From NCBI GenBank assembly GCA_050575255.1, contig JBNZDD010013683.1, positions 771,877 through 835,876 on the forward strand: a stretch of DNA of 64,000 nt, in the 5' to 3' direction. The notes under the pieces are model-generated. The model made no database searches and was not told the origin of the DNA. It saw only the letters and a program-made list of their open reading frames with translations. This DNA is from Harriotta raleighana. Its lineage: Eukaryota. This document shows positions 10,621-23,920 of this stretch, one piece after another. Position 1 is the stretch's first letter. Each line of letters starts with the position of its first letter. Made by a program: the position numbers and the translations under genes.

Positions 10621-13600
10621 TGGTGCAGATTTGCCACAAAATGTGGAGTGAAAGCCTGGGCCAAGTCTGCGCAAATCACAAACAAAGCCCTTTGACATCC
10701 TCCCGACATGAAAGGGCGCTCTACAAATGTAATTTTGTTGTTGTTGTTGTAGTAATTGGACACTGTGCAGTAAACCGCAGTGAAAGAGCAATCACAGATG
10801 TCAGCACTAGAGGGGTCATAAGTAGAATTCCATCTAGCAATTTCTTAGGTTCAATGAAAAGTACAAAATATTTTTTTTCATACAGAAGGCGCTGTGCTGT
10901 GTGCGTAGTTTAGGAAGGAGATAGTTAGTCTTGACTGGTCAGAGTCAAGATCACTGGAATTGCAGGAAAACTAAAATGCTGAAATTGGAAACAGAACTGT
11001 ATCTTGAGCACTTTATCCTTTTTGTTGCCAGGCAGCTTTTGTTCCTGATGCAGACGCCATTCCCTCCTCTCTTTATTTACTTGGTAACCACCCATTTGCA
11101 CATATGTATATGTGTGTGTCTCATGAGAGACTACATGTATGGTGTGATTAATCATTGGAAGATGTGAAAAGCACTATATCAAATGCAAGCATTATTATTA
11201 TTATTATTGTTCACCATTTTGTCACATCAACCAAATCTGCTAAAATATTGCCTTGTACCTAAGCAAATTTATCATCCTTCCTCAGTGTGTTGTGCCTTGA
11301 CCCTTTAAAGCACAGTTTCCTTTATAGAAATATCGCTTGATGTTGGTACAGGCTTGGATCTGCTGAACGCCAGGTTTGTAGAAAACCGACAGTTGCTGTA
11401 GCTCAGGCACATTGTCAGGATGGCACACTCTTGGAATTGTCATTCACTGGGTACTGACCCACAGCACACATCAATCGGAAACCTTGGCTGTTCCAACACA
11501 ACTGAGACTCTGAAGCATCGCTCAGTTGTCCTCAAGACCACAATGCTGGAAATCCTGCTCGTGGCAATGGATCAATGAAGATGGCATGATCTTGTACAGG
11601 CAGCTGGCAGTTAAAAAAAAATGTTAATAGCAAGCTGAGCACATTAAGTTTTTATACGAGATGTGTGCCAGCCAGTCAGCTACATCCTGAGTAATGATTA
11701 ATTAAATTCTGTCAACATCAAAGGCAGCAAATTAAATTCTAAAGTTTGTGTCTGCTCAACTGTACACCAGTCAGTGCATGCATCCACAATACAAAGCGCA
11801 TTTTGGAGAGGTTTTTTCGGGTGGGATATTCTGTTTCACTCTGTCGGAGCGGCTGTCCACGCAGATGCAATTTGCCAAAGGGCCTCACTCTGTGCTGTAC
11901 ACTCTCAAGTCACTTTCAATCCTGTGGAGTGACGCTTCAACATCAGCATCAGACAGAGGAATTACAGCCTCTCGGGAAGGCTGCGTTTTGAACAAAAAAC
12001 CTTGGAATCGATAATTGTGTCGAGGTCAGTTATGGGAGCCTGGGAGGGGTGGAGAGGGGTCACAGCAGTGGGCAACATTTTTCACACTCGAAAATTGCAA
12101 TGCTTAGCACATTTCGTAATGCATTCCATAACATAGATTCTGTTATGAACCTGTATATATTTTTTTAACCCCGCAATATTACCACATCAAAGCACAAATA
12201 TGACAGAATAGTTTTTTTTAACAAATTGAATCATTTTAACACAGGCTTTATTGCAGCAAGTGAAAAGTAGCTGGAGTGGGGACCCTGGTGGTCTCCCTCC
12301 TGTGTGTGATGAAGGCCGTGTGTCTGCTGACTCAGACACAGAACCCCACAACGTTTAGGCTCTGGGAGGTAAAGGGGAGGTCATGTTTCTGGTTTTGATG
12401 GCTTCGTTCTTTGTTGCAATAAAACTGCATCTGTTTATCTGATGTTTCGCTGATGGGATCTTGACCAGCCAGGAAATATTGACTGCAACATATAAATGAA
12501 GACCACAGGGCAGCTCTATATGCAATACTGCTCTACTGTCCTGGAGACATTGTGCTCACATTACACCTATGACCAAGTACAGTACTACTATTTTTCTATT
12601 GTGAGTATGAAAGCCCCATAACTCATCGGCACTGCAGGCATGAAAAGTGACGATATATAATTGTGTGATATTGCTGCTGCGATCTCACCAGACAATGAAA
12701 AATTTCACAAGATTTCATTATTTCTGTAGGGATACAATGCAATCATGTGAGATTTTCTGCCAAGTATGTGACCTGAGGTTTTTTTTTTCCTCTTGTAATC
12801 TTATTTTGAAAATTTAATTCTTTCCATTTTTCTTGGATTTCTAAAGCGTGTCCCATTTCCTGGCTGAGAAACAGTTTACGCTGAAGTTTTGCTGTCATTG
12901 TACTGTAACTAGTTGCTGAGTGTCTGAATTGCAGACCCACGATCCTTCTCTCTAATTTTCACTCTTCTTCTTCTGCACCTTAGTGCACACTAACAGGTGA
13001 AATATAGGTCTCAATGTACAAAGTACTAAGTTGCTCTGTTGATAATACGCTCATCTCTGAGATAGAGACTTCTTGATTCAAGCTATGTGAGGACTCGGAC
13101 CTCACATTGTCCAGATTGATGTTCCAAAGTATTGTTGTGTGTTTGGCAATAATTGAAACGATACAGCAGCCTTTTCTGATATTCTGGCCATTCATATGAT
13201 CGGCCATTCGCATCATGGCTTCTTATGGAAACTAACAATGCACAATATTAGCTGAACCTGATGTCCACACAATATGCAGTCAATACATTTCGCTGTAAAA
13301 CCTCTGAAGTGCCGGAGTACTTTGAGACAATGTGGAAGATGCAATAACAAATGCAAGGATTATTATAGGATTGTTATTCTGTTTTGTGACCATCAAATGC
13401 TAGTGGACAAGCTGAGTATGAATACTTAATTGATTTTCCTAATGAATACATCTCATGTGCACATTTGGTGCACTGCAATTTGATAAATTATTTGGTGGAA
13501 TGGGTCTCTTAAGGAAGATCAAATCAAGCGCTATACTTCAGCTTTGTTCTCTAATTCCTAGGTGGGCATCTTTGAAAGTTTAAAGTCTTTGTCGGAACTA

Positions 13601-14224
13601 TTAGTTTGTTTTATACTCTTATTGTTTGACTGCTGCTGTGTTATTTTATATTATTATTGCATGGCAGTGGTCTGGTTTACTTTGTTTATTACACCAGGTT
13701 CATTTTGGCTGCCTTCTCAGAAATGTTAGCCTCACAAGGTAATGTTTTCTTTTACTTCTTGCAACTCCCGAGGTTTTAGACAAAGTGTTCAAGTCAGATC
13801 TTGCTACCTCTAAAATTTCTGCTCAACACTGCACCAGGACTTTAGAGTTACATCAACCCAAACAAGTGTTCAGGGATTTAGAAGTGTTCCAACTACCTTT
13901 TAAACTTCTAAATGAACATTAGTGCATTATAGCAAAGGTTAGAGATCCAAATTACCTCTTTATATCACACAGGTCAAGATGAAATCTCTCAATGACATGA
14001 TTGATTTTCTCTCTGTCTGATTCTTTTATGATTTGGATACGAAAAATGGGGCTCGTTTGGAAACTCGAGAAACTTGATCCACTTTAAAGAGGACATTAGA
14101 TGTTAGTCAACACAAGCATTTTAACAGTATTCGAATCGCTAATGGCTCAATTATACTGAGAATTTGGCATCAATTCAGTGTGATTATTTATTCTAAACCA
14201 ATGTCAAACATTCACTGTAATCCT

Positions 14225-14400
14225 AAAAACAAGACGCAAAACACTGGAATCTGAAACTAAAACAGAACTTGCTGAGAACACACAGAACTGACGAAGGGTT
14301 CTGATGAAGGGTCATTAGAACTAAAAGGTTGACTCAATTTCCTTTCTCCATTGAGGCTGCCTGACCTGCTGAGTGTTCCCAGTGACTTCTGTTTTTGATT
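14225..14400. mobile_element. Second copy of the palindromic PLE-derived element
   Basis: ggaatctgaaactaaaacagaacttgctgagaacac..ctgacgaagggttctgatgaagggtcattagaactaaaaggttgactcaatttcctttctccattgaggctgcctgacctgctgagtgttcccag. Confidence 0.8.
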
Positions 14401-14749
14401 CACTGTCATACGCCAGATGTTAGAGCTTTGTATTGATAAAGAGTTGTGTTGCAGCTCTCTCACTGCAATAGACACCATGACTAAACACCCTCATGTCCAG
14501 AAACCTTCAAATACAGCAAAAAGACTGTACTTTGCACAACATAATTGGCTTCCAGCAGAAACAAATTGCCTTAATTGTTGTTTTCAGCCTGCAGCAAGTG
14601 CTATGTGCCTCTTACACCTCTGGGGTGAAATCTTATTTCCTGTTGTGAATGGACAGATTTTCTATACAGTTCAAAACCCAATCAAAACCCAGTCAGTTTC
14701 CAGCCGGGAAGAACCTTTCCTCCCCCATTAGATTCTAAGTACTCACCGT

Positions 14750-14862
14750 CTCCACTTTGTCCGCCACCAACGACTTCTCTTCCAGACCCTGCACTGTCAC
14801 TTGCGGTGACCCCCCAGGGCTCTGACCTTGGCCCCCTACCTTTTAATATCCACATGCCCTCG
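14750..14862 (+). mobile_element. LINE (L2-like) reverse transcriptase core fragment
   Basis: Reads TVTCGDPQG..LGPLPFNIHMP, a decayed GVPQGSVLGPLLFNIYM motif. Confidence 0.75.
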
Positions 14863-15554
14863 ACTCCAGTTGTTGTGTGCGGTATCCTTGATATAATGTT
14901 CCATTGAAATGGATTGATTTATAACATGGAAGTATAGAATTTCGGAGCTGACCAAGTTCAGAGGTTCTCATGCTAGAAAGTTGACTGCCAGGTCATCAAT
15001 CTACCGGTGAAGTCAATTTCCATTGGTTACCCATGTGTAGGAGGTGATATCAGTGGCACATTCCTGGCCACTTGTGCAATATGCAAGAAGTGACTAGCAA
15101 AGACACTTTAACCGGCCCCATGCCCCCCACCCACCCCCAAAATTGGACACTTTTTTGCACTTCACTTACCTTGAAGATAATGTACCTGGTCACTGCCAGC
15201 CATCTCACAGGAATGATTTGTATTCATTTTTACAATGTAGGAATCAGAACGCTGTGACGTTCTAAATTGCTACCATTGGCACAAGTGAAGAGATTTTCTT
15301 TTCCAACTCATTTAGTTCCTAGGGTAACCATCTTTAGATATTATNGACCTGGCCATCTCACAGGAATGATTTGTATTCATTTTTACAATGTAGGAATCAG
15401 AACGCTGTGACGTTCTAAATTGCTACCATTGGCACAAGTGAAGAGATTTTCTTTTCCAACTCATTTAGTTCCTAGGGTAACCATCTTTAGATATTATATT
15501 ATGATGCAATATTTTGAACCATTCTTCTTGATATCAAATAAATTCTTTTACTAG

Positions 15555-15694
15555 CGTTTCGCCCACAAATATACAGTCAATTTTTCCTACTTTCCTTCCC
15601 CCGACCCCTCCCCCCTACTTGACTGTACAGCGCCTTGGGACGTTCTCCCGACGTGAAAGGCGCTACATAAATAAAATTTTGATTGATTGATTGA
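15555..15694 (+). mobile_element. SINE 3' half with L2-type (TTGA)n tail
   Basis: cgtttcgcccacaaatatacagtcaat..cagcgccttgggacgttctcccgacgtgaaaggcgctacataa..ttgattgattgattgatt. Confidence 0.85.
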
Positions 15695-16796
15695 TTCATA
15701 TTCCTTCCTACAGATACCGCGCAGCATCCAAACATCACAGGAGGATTTTTACTGCGCAAATGAATTATGTTAATGTGAGCCAACTTCAAATACATGGTTA
15801 TATTACAAAGAGGGATATTCTGGTTAATTTTACACCTACAAAAACAAATTGTAAACTGTCTTCTTTCTCAAATTTGATTTTTTGTCATTTGCAGTTGAAA
15901 GGAATTCAAATCCCACTATGAATGTCTAGAGATTCCCTTGAACCATGCTAAATACTTTTCCATCTGTTATTATCTGCCCATCAAAATCAACCATTCATTT
16001 GCACGAGTTAAAGCCCGTCATCTTTAGAAATGTTCCACGCGGGCCTTCTGAATTACCATTGCGTCTTAAATAGTCTGATGCATCTTAAATAGTTTTTTTT
16101 TACTAAATATCCTTCAAAATAATTGCCTAAAAGGGACTCTTGGTAGAAGGATAATCAACTAATGGTAAAGAATAAACACTGTAGGCAAGTGTTTCTCTTC
16201 TGCGGTTAATTTATACAAGCTATAGTCTTACAAATTGCCATCAAAGATTGCAAATCATCTGGTTGAGCACGAAAGGCAAGCAACAGTCCAAGAGTAGATT
16301 ATTTCGGGGGGGGGTGGGGGAAAGCATTTCAAACTTACCAATTCTTATTGCTATGGAATTGATGTACTGATAGTAAATTCCTCCAAAGCTATCAAAGTCA
16401 CTCTATTGAAATGGATAAATATTGTTTCTTGTGAAAAAAAATCCTTCCACTAAAAGTATCCTTTAGCACATTAAAAGTTAAAAATAACCAGAGAAGCAAA
16501 GATTGTTCTCTCTCCCCGGCAAGGCCTACCATTTTCTGGAAGGCGATTTATCTCAATTTTTCTCTTAAAGTCCAAATGATGGACCAGCACTGTTTCAGTG
16601 ATCTGAAAATTTGTGCTGGTAACTCGGTATTAGTTATTATCAAGTTCCTTAAAGAGAAAGGGGTATTTCAAGTAATGCCAAAATCCACAGGAGGCTTCTC
16701 CAAATAGAATATATCAAACAGCATAGAATGAATAAAAGTCAATTGGCTAACATGTTTCTTTATTGAACAACGTGCAGTTCCCAATTGATTCAATTA

Positions 16797-17110
16797 CATA
16801 GGAACAGGAGTAGGCCATTCAGCCCGTCGAGCCTGTTCCGCCATTTAATTAGATCATGGCTGCTCTGTATCTCTACTAATAGTTTCAATTCTAATTTCAC
16901 CTTATCCCTTAATACCCTGACCTACCAAAAATGTACCGACCTCACTCTTGAAGGTGTGGATGGATCCAGAATCCACTACCTTTTGGGGGAATGAATTCCA
17001 GATTTCCACCACCCTTTGAGTGAAAAAATGCTTCCTGATTTCATCCTTAAAAAATGGCCTGGTTCTAATTGTAAGACTATGCCCCCTTGTTTTGCACATT
17101 TCCCGAGGAA
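16797..17110 (-). mobile_element. CR1 LINE 3' end
   Basis: KTRGHSLTIRTRPFFKDEIRKHFFTQRVVEIWNSFPQKVVDSGSIHTFK (ORF 16902-17204) followed by CR1 3' UTR. Confidence 0.92.
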
Positions 17111-17199
17111 ACTGAATAACAAAGGAAGAACTGTAAAAATAAAACACCTGGCACAGAAGGCAAAATAAAAAAACATGGATTTCATCCACCTTCATTAGA

Positions 17200-17352
17200 T
17201 TCATAGAATCTTATGGCACAAAAGGAGACCATTCGGCCCATCGAGTCTATGCCAGCTCTTTAAAAAGAGCAATTTAATCCCACTCCACAGCTCTCTCCCC
17301 AAAACCTCGTAAACCCATCCTCCCCAAATAAATGTCTACCTCTCTTTTAAAC
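17200..17352 (-). mobile_element. CR1 3' UTR tail
   Basis: tcatagaatcttatggcacaaaaggagaccattcggcccatcgagtctatgccagctc; similar to 10458-10600. Confidence 0.8.
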
Positions 17353-18169
17353 CTAACCTGTTATAAGTCATAAACTACACTCAGATAATGGTTGACTGGT
17401 ATCCCTCAGTGCTGTTATCTTGTTTTGAACATGGGATGATTTTCCCTGGTCATTATAGAATTATACCACTAAAAGCTCCATGGAGATATAATGTTCACGA
17501 GCTTTGGTCTATATTGACACTCCTAAAGCAGTGAACCTTGCTACCCCCAACAACAAATTAAGGTTTCGAATTGGAACATTTGCTAATAGATAACTGAGTG
17601 TAAAGCTATTACAAGCATATATCTAAAGGTAGTTAACACAGTTAGATAGCCACACATATTTCAAATGTGATTGAATGTTACATATAAACACTCCATCTGT
17701 CTCTCTCTGTCTCTCTCTCCATACCTAGGATGTATTTTGTTCAAGCATGTATTTAACAATGCCTGAAAAAGCTCTTCACAATCCTTTCTGTCTCACTCTT
17801 TGTATGTCCTGTTTGCAATTTAAACTAATAGCAGTCATAATGGCTCAACCACATGCATCCAAATCTCATTACAGCAAGCTCTTTTATTCCAAACCGCTCC
17901 ATCTAACAAGCATTTTACCCTAATCCCAGCAGAATTGTTATTGTAGTCAAGTGGGGGAAGTTAAACCCCAGCGCAATGAATCCCTCATAAGAATAATATT
18001 GTCAATTCAGAATAATGAGGTTGGATGCCAATTGAAGTCTCAGATTTCATTAAACAATGTGAGACACTAAGATCCAGTTCAAATTGCACCAGACTTTAAT
18101 TTTAAAGGCTGTCAGCACTGAACCCTATATACACTGTACAATTAATGGATTCTCCTTCAGACAAAATTG

Positions 18170-18290
18170 ATTCCTTGTGGCTGTTTGTGGCACGTTTGCT
18201 GTCTTTTTCCAGGAAATTCCAGGGAAGCGCTTTGAGATATTTCGACAAGTTGATAAGAGTACTGCATCCAAATGCAAGGATTATCATTGT
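18170..18290 (+). mobile_element. SINE 3' fragment
   Basis: gctgtttgtggcac..gaagcgctttgagat..atccaaatgcaaggattatc. Confidence 0.7.
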
Positions 18291-19930
18291 ATTAAACTGA
18301 TTATGAATGCACCTTTATCGATGGTTGAAACAAGTTTGAATGTGAAGCTCCAATTCTGAATTGTTCTATATCGCTAAATGACTTGCTCTATGACAGTCAC
18401 AGAGAGAAATGAATGATGTTGAAATCCTCAAAGCACCTTTTGCTGAATATAAAGTAAGTTAGTCATTCTTGAAGAAGAGCTATTTGCTTGGTAATGAGTC
18501 GCTAAGATTTGATTGTAGGGTGCGCCTAGCTGAATACACACAGTTGCATCTTGATTTAAATGCATCAGTTGGAGACTCAAAATAATTATTTCCAAAAAGT
18601 CTTCAGAATTCTATATCAAATCTATGATTCATTTGACTTTCTCTGGCACTTTTTAGTGTAGTATAATGACACTAGCCCAGCCTTTCACCGTTAAACTATA
18701 CAGTGCTGTCATTTTCTTTTTGTTTAAATATAATTTATTTTTAAATGATACTTTGCTAGCTGCAGAACGGCTCTCAGACCCCATTTATACGTTGCTGCAT
18801 TTCTGAAAATGAATGAATGACATCTAACAAAGGCTCCTTTGGAAGCGTTTTTACTCCAGAACGCTGGTGTCATTGGAATAGTTGTTCCATTATTCGACTA
18901 CTTTTATTTGCTCAGACTCTTCTGAGGCTACATTGTAAGGCTCCCACCCTCTTTTCAAAACCCTTCTCAAATCCAGACTCTTAACTGTGACTTCCATCAT
19001 CTTGCCTTGTTACTCCTGCTGCAAAGTGCTTGGAGAAATTATACCACAATAAAGGGTAATACAAATTTGCACTTTCAAGTATTCTCATATTCAGCAAAAA
19101 GGAGCATGGACCTTTTAACACGTGTATTGCAAAGTCTTATCCTTTGCGAGGCTTCCAATGGCATTGGAGTATTTGGTGTGGGAAGGATTAATATCTGACT
19201 GAATTATACTATCTGCCTTTTGCAATAGATTTGTAAAAAAAAATGTGTTGCAGATAGTGCTAACCATTTAAGATGAAATCAAATCCCAAACTAGTTTTAA
19301 TCTGTTTGTTTGTTTGCCTGCCAAGTTGCTATGGTTATGGAGTCAGTTCCAGGATTGTGCTAGAATGAAAATTCCCATTTCATACTTGCTCGCACATTGA
19401 CATTTGGGATGTGATTCCACCGGATATTTTTAAGAAATAGCAACAAGGCTGCTTGAATTTCTTTAGCAATAGGAAAACAGCAAATGCAAAATATTGTGAA
19501 CTGCTCAAAATACTGTATATCCACTGTTTCACTCAAAGCTACAGAAAAATATTATTAGTTTTGAGATCAGATTCACACAGCTTGGTGCTTCTATTTTCTC
19601 TTGGGCTGTTGCAGTTTGCTACGGTGATTAAAATGGTAATGACGAGTAGTAGAGTTTAATTATAAAATAATTGTTTTTTTTTATCAGAATGTGCTGATGG
19701 AGGGAAGCGGAAATGCACAGGAATGACTGTGTCAGGCTGTGAAAACTGCAACAACCGGTAGACAAATATGAGCCGCTGTTCCTTATCAAAGCACTTGAAA
19801 ACTTGCTGTGCCGTCCTTTACAAATTGTTTCTTTCGAAAAGGTCAACTGACAAGAATGTGAGGGTTCTGGGCAAATAGACGTTTCCACATAGAAATGTCA
19901 GCGAGGGTGTGCAATGAAAGGAACTGTGTA

Positions 19931-20479
19931 CATGTGTCCCCCGCTTAACGAAGGGGATAGGGACGTTAAAACCCTTAGTTATGAGAAAAGTCGTTAAGCA
20001 AGAGGTAGTTTTCCGTGGAAAAAAATCTGTTTGATTTCTAGCGCTAACATTTTTGGTGTACAATACTGTACCAGGGAAGGTCTAAGGTAGATATAACTGC
20101 TATTGAAGGCTACATAACTTTAAATCAAAATATTGTGATAAAATATGAAATGTTAGTTTTGTTTATTTAATGTGTTAAATTTATAATACTTACCATTACC
20201 GAGCGAAAGTTCCCGTACAGGGAAGATGAGGTGAGGAGAAGGGAGTAGGTCTCCAGAGCCTGACAAAACAACAGGCTCTGCATAGTCAGCTGACGTACTG
20301 GTTCATTGGATGATGTCGGTCACTTGAGAAGCTGCCCACGAGAAGCCCGCGAGATTTAAAGTGTGTAAACATTTGTTATTACAAACGCAGCCTTCGTTAA
20401 GCAGAGAAGTGGTACAAATACAAACCTTGGTTATAGCGAAAATTTGTTGACCGAATGTTCGTTCAGCGGTGTCCAACTC
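19931..20479. mobile_element. Tigger/pogo-like (Tc1-mariner superfamily) non-autonomous DNA transposon
   Basis: Left TA|catgtgtcccccgcttaacgaa and right ttcgttcagcggtgtccaactc|TA are imperfect inverted repeats (17/24 matches including TA); internal repeats of cgttaagc near both ends. Confidence 0.7.
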
Positions 20480-20885
20480 TACTTAAAAAAAACATCCTGA
20501 ATTAATTTATGTTGGCCAATGCAATGCACTTTTTGAAATCTGTGGATTCCCTTCATAGTACTTGTAATTTTCTGCCTTTGTTGTTACAATGTCAAATAAG
20601 AAATGACATATACTGAGGCCTAATTTAAAAAGAACAACTTTGTACTTTCCGGCTTCCATTTTTCATGATCATGATCTTATCTTGAACTCAGAACACAAAT
20701 TGGCATGACAAATGCAGCACATTTTGAAGCATGTTGGTATTTATTCTGGGCTTGGAATAACTTGCATTTTTATAGCACGCGCCTTAACAGAATAGCATCT
20801 TGGAAAACTGCACAGTGGTGGAGTTGGAAGCCAAGCAAGAGAGGAGAGGAACAATGCTCATCGATGTGGGATTTACAGATAGATA

Positions 20886-21185
20886 AATAATAATAATACT
20901 CCTTCGCATTTGATATAGCACTTTTCATATCTTCTAGACGTCTCAAAACACTTCACAGAATATACTGTAAAGTAAATTGACTATATTTGTGGGTGAAACC
21001 GCACAGCAGTGTGCCACAAACAGTCATGGATTGAGTGACCAAATTCTCATTGTTCTTTTTTTTGATGGATTATTATTAGATGTGTGGAATAAGGAAACTT
21101 GCCCAAAGTTTTGCCCTGCCTGGATTCGAACACAGATCTCAAGCTTGTAAGGCGAATGCTCTGACCACTGAGTTACAGAACTCCA
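20886..21185 (-). mobile_element. tRNA-derived SINE, near full length
   Basis: Reverse head ctgtaactcagtggtcagagcattcgccttacaagcttgagatctgtgttcgaatccagg; family body and (ATT)n tail. Confidence 0.9.
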
Positions 21186-23239
21186 CAGATAAAGAGACTG
21201 TGAGCCAGAGGAGTAGAGGCAGGAAGTTTGGGAGGTTAGAATTGTAGGGTTGAAGACATGGGTTGAAGATAGTGCAGAGTGGTCGGGAACACGTAGCAAG
21301 CTTGTGGTAGCTTGTCACATTAGTCAGAAAGCAAAATGGGTAGCGTTTCACCATTGTCTTATAAATCTGAACATCAGATGAGAATTTTATACTTTGCTAA
21401 GGTCAGAGTTGATAGAATGATCTCTGAATTGGTCAAAGATCAGCACATTTACGTTCCATTCCCATATGTATTCCAGAAGAGGAGAACTCCTTGATGGATT
21501 ATTTTATCTTCGGGAGAGCACGGTCTTTAGAAGGAGGCTTTTTTAGCGGATAGCATATTATTTTGTTTGAGAAATCTCTGGGGTCTCCCAGAGATGCACC
21601 TTTTGTCCTTTTATATCTCAATGCAATAGAAAAATCCACAGATCTGTCAGCAGATATTCATGCAACGGAAGATGGATGCACTGAACATTTTTTGGCTTTT
21701 AGGTCAGCTTCTTTAGAGACTTCTGAAAAACCGAGTGTTCTTGCAGAGATTTGTTAATCATTTCATTGCCGACGTGCCAACAGTGGGTTCAGATGAACTT
21801 TGCATTTCAGGTGCACTTCCCTCGGTACTGAGTACAAAATTGTGTGTGGGGGGTGGAGGGGGGGGAGGGGAGATAGGAGGCAGAAACCCCTAGTAACTTT
21901 AGATACAAATGAATGTGCTCTTGAAAGAGATGTCCAAATTAATCCCACTCCCCCGTGCTCTCTCCATAGCCTTGCAAGTTTGTACTCCCTGATAGTTAGG
22001 TAATTTCCCATGACGGCCAAAGAACATGGCTCTTCTCTTTATTGCACTGCCAAAAATTGTCGAAGTGCATTTTATATCTGATAAGGTTAAATGCAAACTA
22101 ATTCATGCATGGATTGCAAAGAAAGACAGAGACATTTCCTTAAACTGCTGGACCATTAAATAAATCTAGTTGCTAACATTCCCATCATACTCTAACTTTC
22201 AGTAAAAAAAACTTGTGTAACCTTGTTGTTTGAAGATATGCAATGTCATTTTAGAAAGTTTTGCACACGTAGCGTTTGGAGAGGATAAATCGCATTCAGT
22301 AGGTTTCTGTTGAAGCAGCTGAGACTTACAGCAAAGTGTTCATTTGCTCATCATCTCTCCTTAACCTGGTAGACACCTTCTTTGAATTCCTTGATGTCTC
22401 AGTTGCTCAGCTTACTGCATATGTCACAAAACATAAAATGGATGCATATCAGAAAATGAAGAAGACAGAGCTGTAATTCCACTATAGCATTGAATTTGCT
22501 TTTGTAAAGTGAATTTAAACAATAAAACAACCCACATTTTCCCTCCCTTTCAAAACGTTTACAAATGTATTTTGAGCTATATTTATATGGTGTCCTTATT
22601 AAGAAAATGTAGTGCATTGTCCACAAACTATACTGTCAATTCAATTTGCAGCACACCATTGTGAAGTGCTTTGCGACGTCTCAACAATGTGTTAAGTGCT
22701 ATATCAAATGCAAGCCTCATTATTATTGTTGTTGTCATCATTATTATGCCAATCTTGGAATGTGCATTTTTTAGGCTTAAATTCTTTTCTGACACAGATT
22801 GCACTTACACTATCTACTCTGGGAGATGGGACCCAGCAGGACATGGGACAATTTCCAACTCCTTTTCTGAACATTGCACTCGAGGCCCCTTTATGTTCAG
22901 AGCACTTAAACTTCCAATTCAGCCCTAGTCTGAACGGCAAACAAACATGCGCAGGGCAACAGCAAACCCATTAGTGATAGCTTTTCTTGTCCATCCAGAA
23001 ACATGATCAATTCTTTTTCAACAAACCCCTGCAGATGGCCAGAGAAAATTCCTGAGCTCCATTGAGAGACTTGCGAGGAAATCAAACACCAATACTGCAG
23101 GGGAACATGAGAAACTGTTAACCCTTGCTCTTAACAGAGAATAAATACACAGGAGCCACAGTCATTCCTCGTTGCGAACAAATCTCTTCTCTCCATTGTT
23201 ATTAGGGAATGTAAGCAGAAACCTACTTGTAGTTCAATG

Positions 23240-23525
23240 GGTCTGCTGCATTGTTGAAAGTGCTTTCCTTCAGTGAAGAGAGATATTGAAGTGAGATCTC
23301 ATCTGCCTATTTAGGTGGATACTAAAGATCCTGTGGCACTATTTGAAAAGAGAATGGAAAGTTTCTCCTAATGTCCTAGTCAACAATCCTGAAATTAAAA
23401 TTGGGGCGTTTGCTTCATGGCTGTGTGTGAAACATTGCCATGGGAAAATTGGTTGCCACATTTGCCTACAGAAAATATACACAGTCTCGTAAACTCCTGT
23501 GAAACGCTTTGAGATGTCCTCCCAA
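23240..23525 (+). mobile_element. Deu-domain SINE, old
   Basis: atctgcctatttaggtggatactaaagatcctgtggcactatttgaaaagag..gtttctccctaatgtcctagtcaaca. Confidence 0.75.
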
Positions 23526-23690
23526 TGGTTCAAACAGCAAGGCCTGACGAATAGTCATGAAGTGAATAATCAATTTAGCTGGGGGATTGTTGGCTGGGAT
23601 AGGGACCATTTTAGGTACTGGTGACTGCTTGAAGTGCGAGCTGCAACATTATGATCACAGCTTAATCTCTCTTGACGCAGGGCCATCATT

Positions 23691-23920
23691 CCAGGCAGGT
23701 GAAACCTTGGGCAAGTTTCCTTACTCCGCTCGCCTGATAATAATCCCCACAGAAGAAAAAATAATAAATTGGTCATTTCAATCCTTGACTGTTTGTTGGG
23801 ACACTGCTCTGCACAATCGACTGCTGGGGTTTGCTCACAAATTTACAGTCGATTCTGTGAAGCGCTTTGAGACGTCTAGAAGACGTGAAAAGTGCTATAT
23901 CAAATGAATTATTATTATTA
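23691..23920 (+). mobile_element. tRNA-derived SINE, 5'-truncated
   Basis: gggcaagtttccttactcc..gtgaagcgctttgagacgtctagaagacgtgaaaagtgctatatcaaatgaattattattatt. Confidence 0.88.

Noticed and set aside
15199-15497. 146-bp direct repeat around N at 15345
   Set aside because: Scaffolding overlap artefact; small upstream difference suggests two haplotypes.
18403-18453. 51-nt AG..GTAAGT-bounded open segment (REMNDVEILKAPFAEYK)
   Set aside because: Weak polypyrimidine tract and no recognisable homology.
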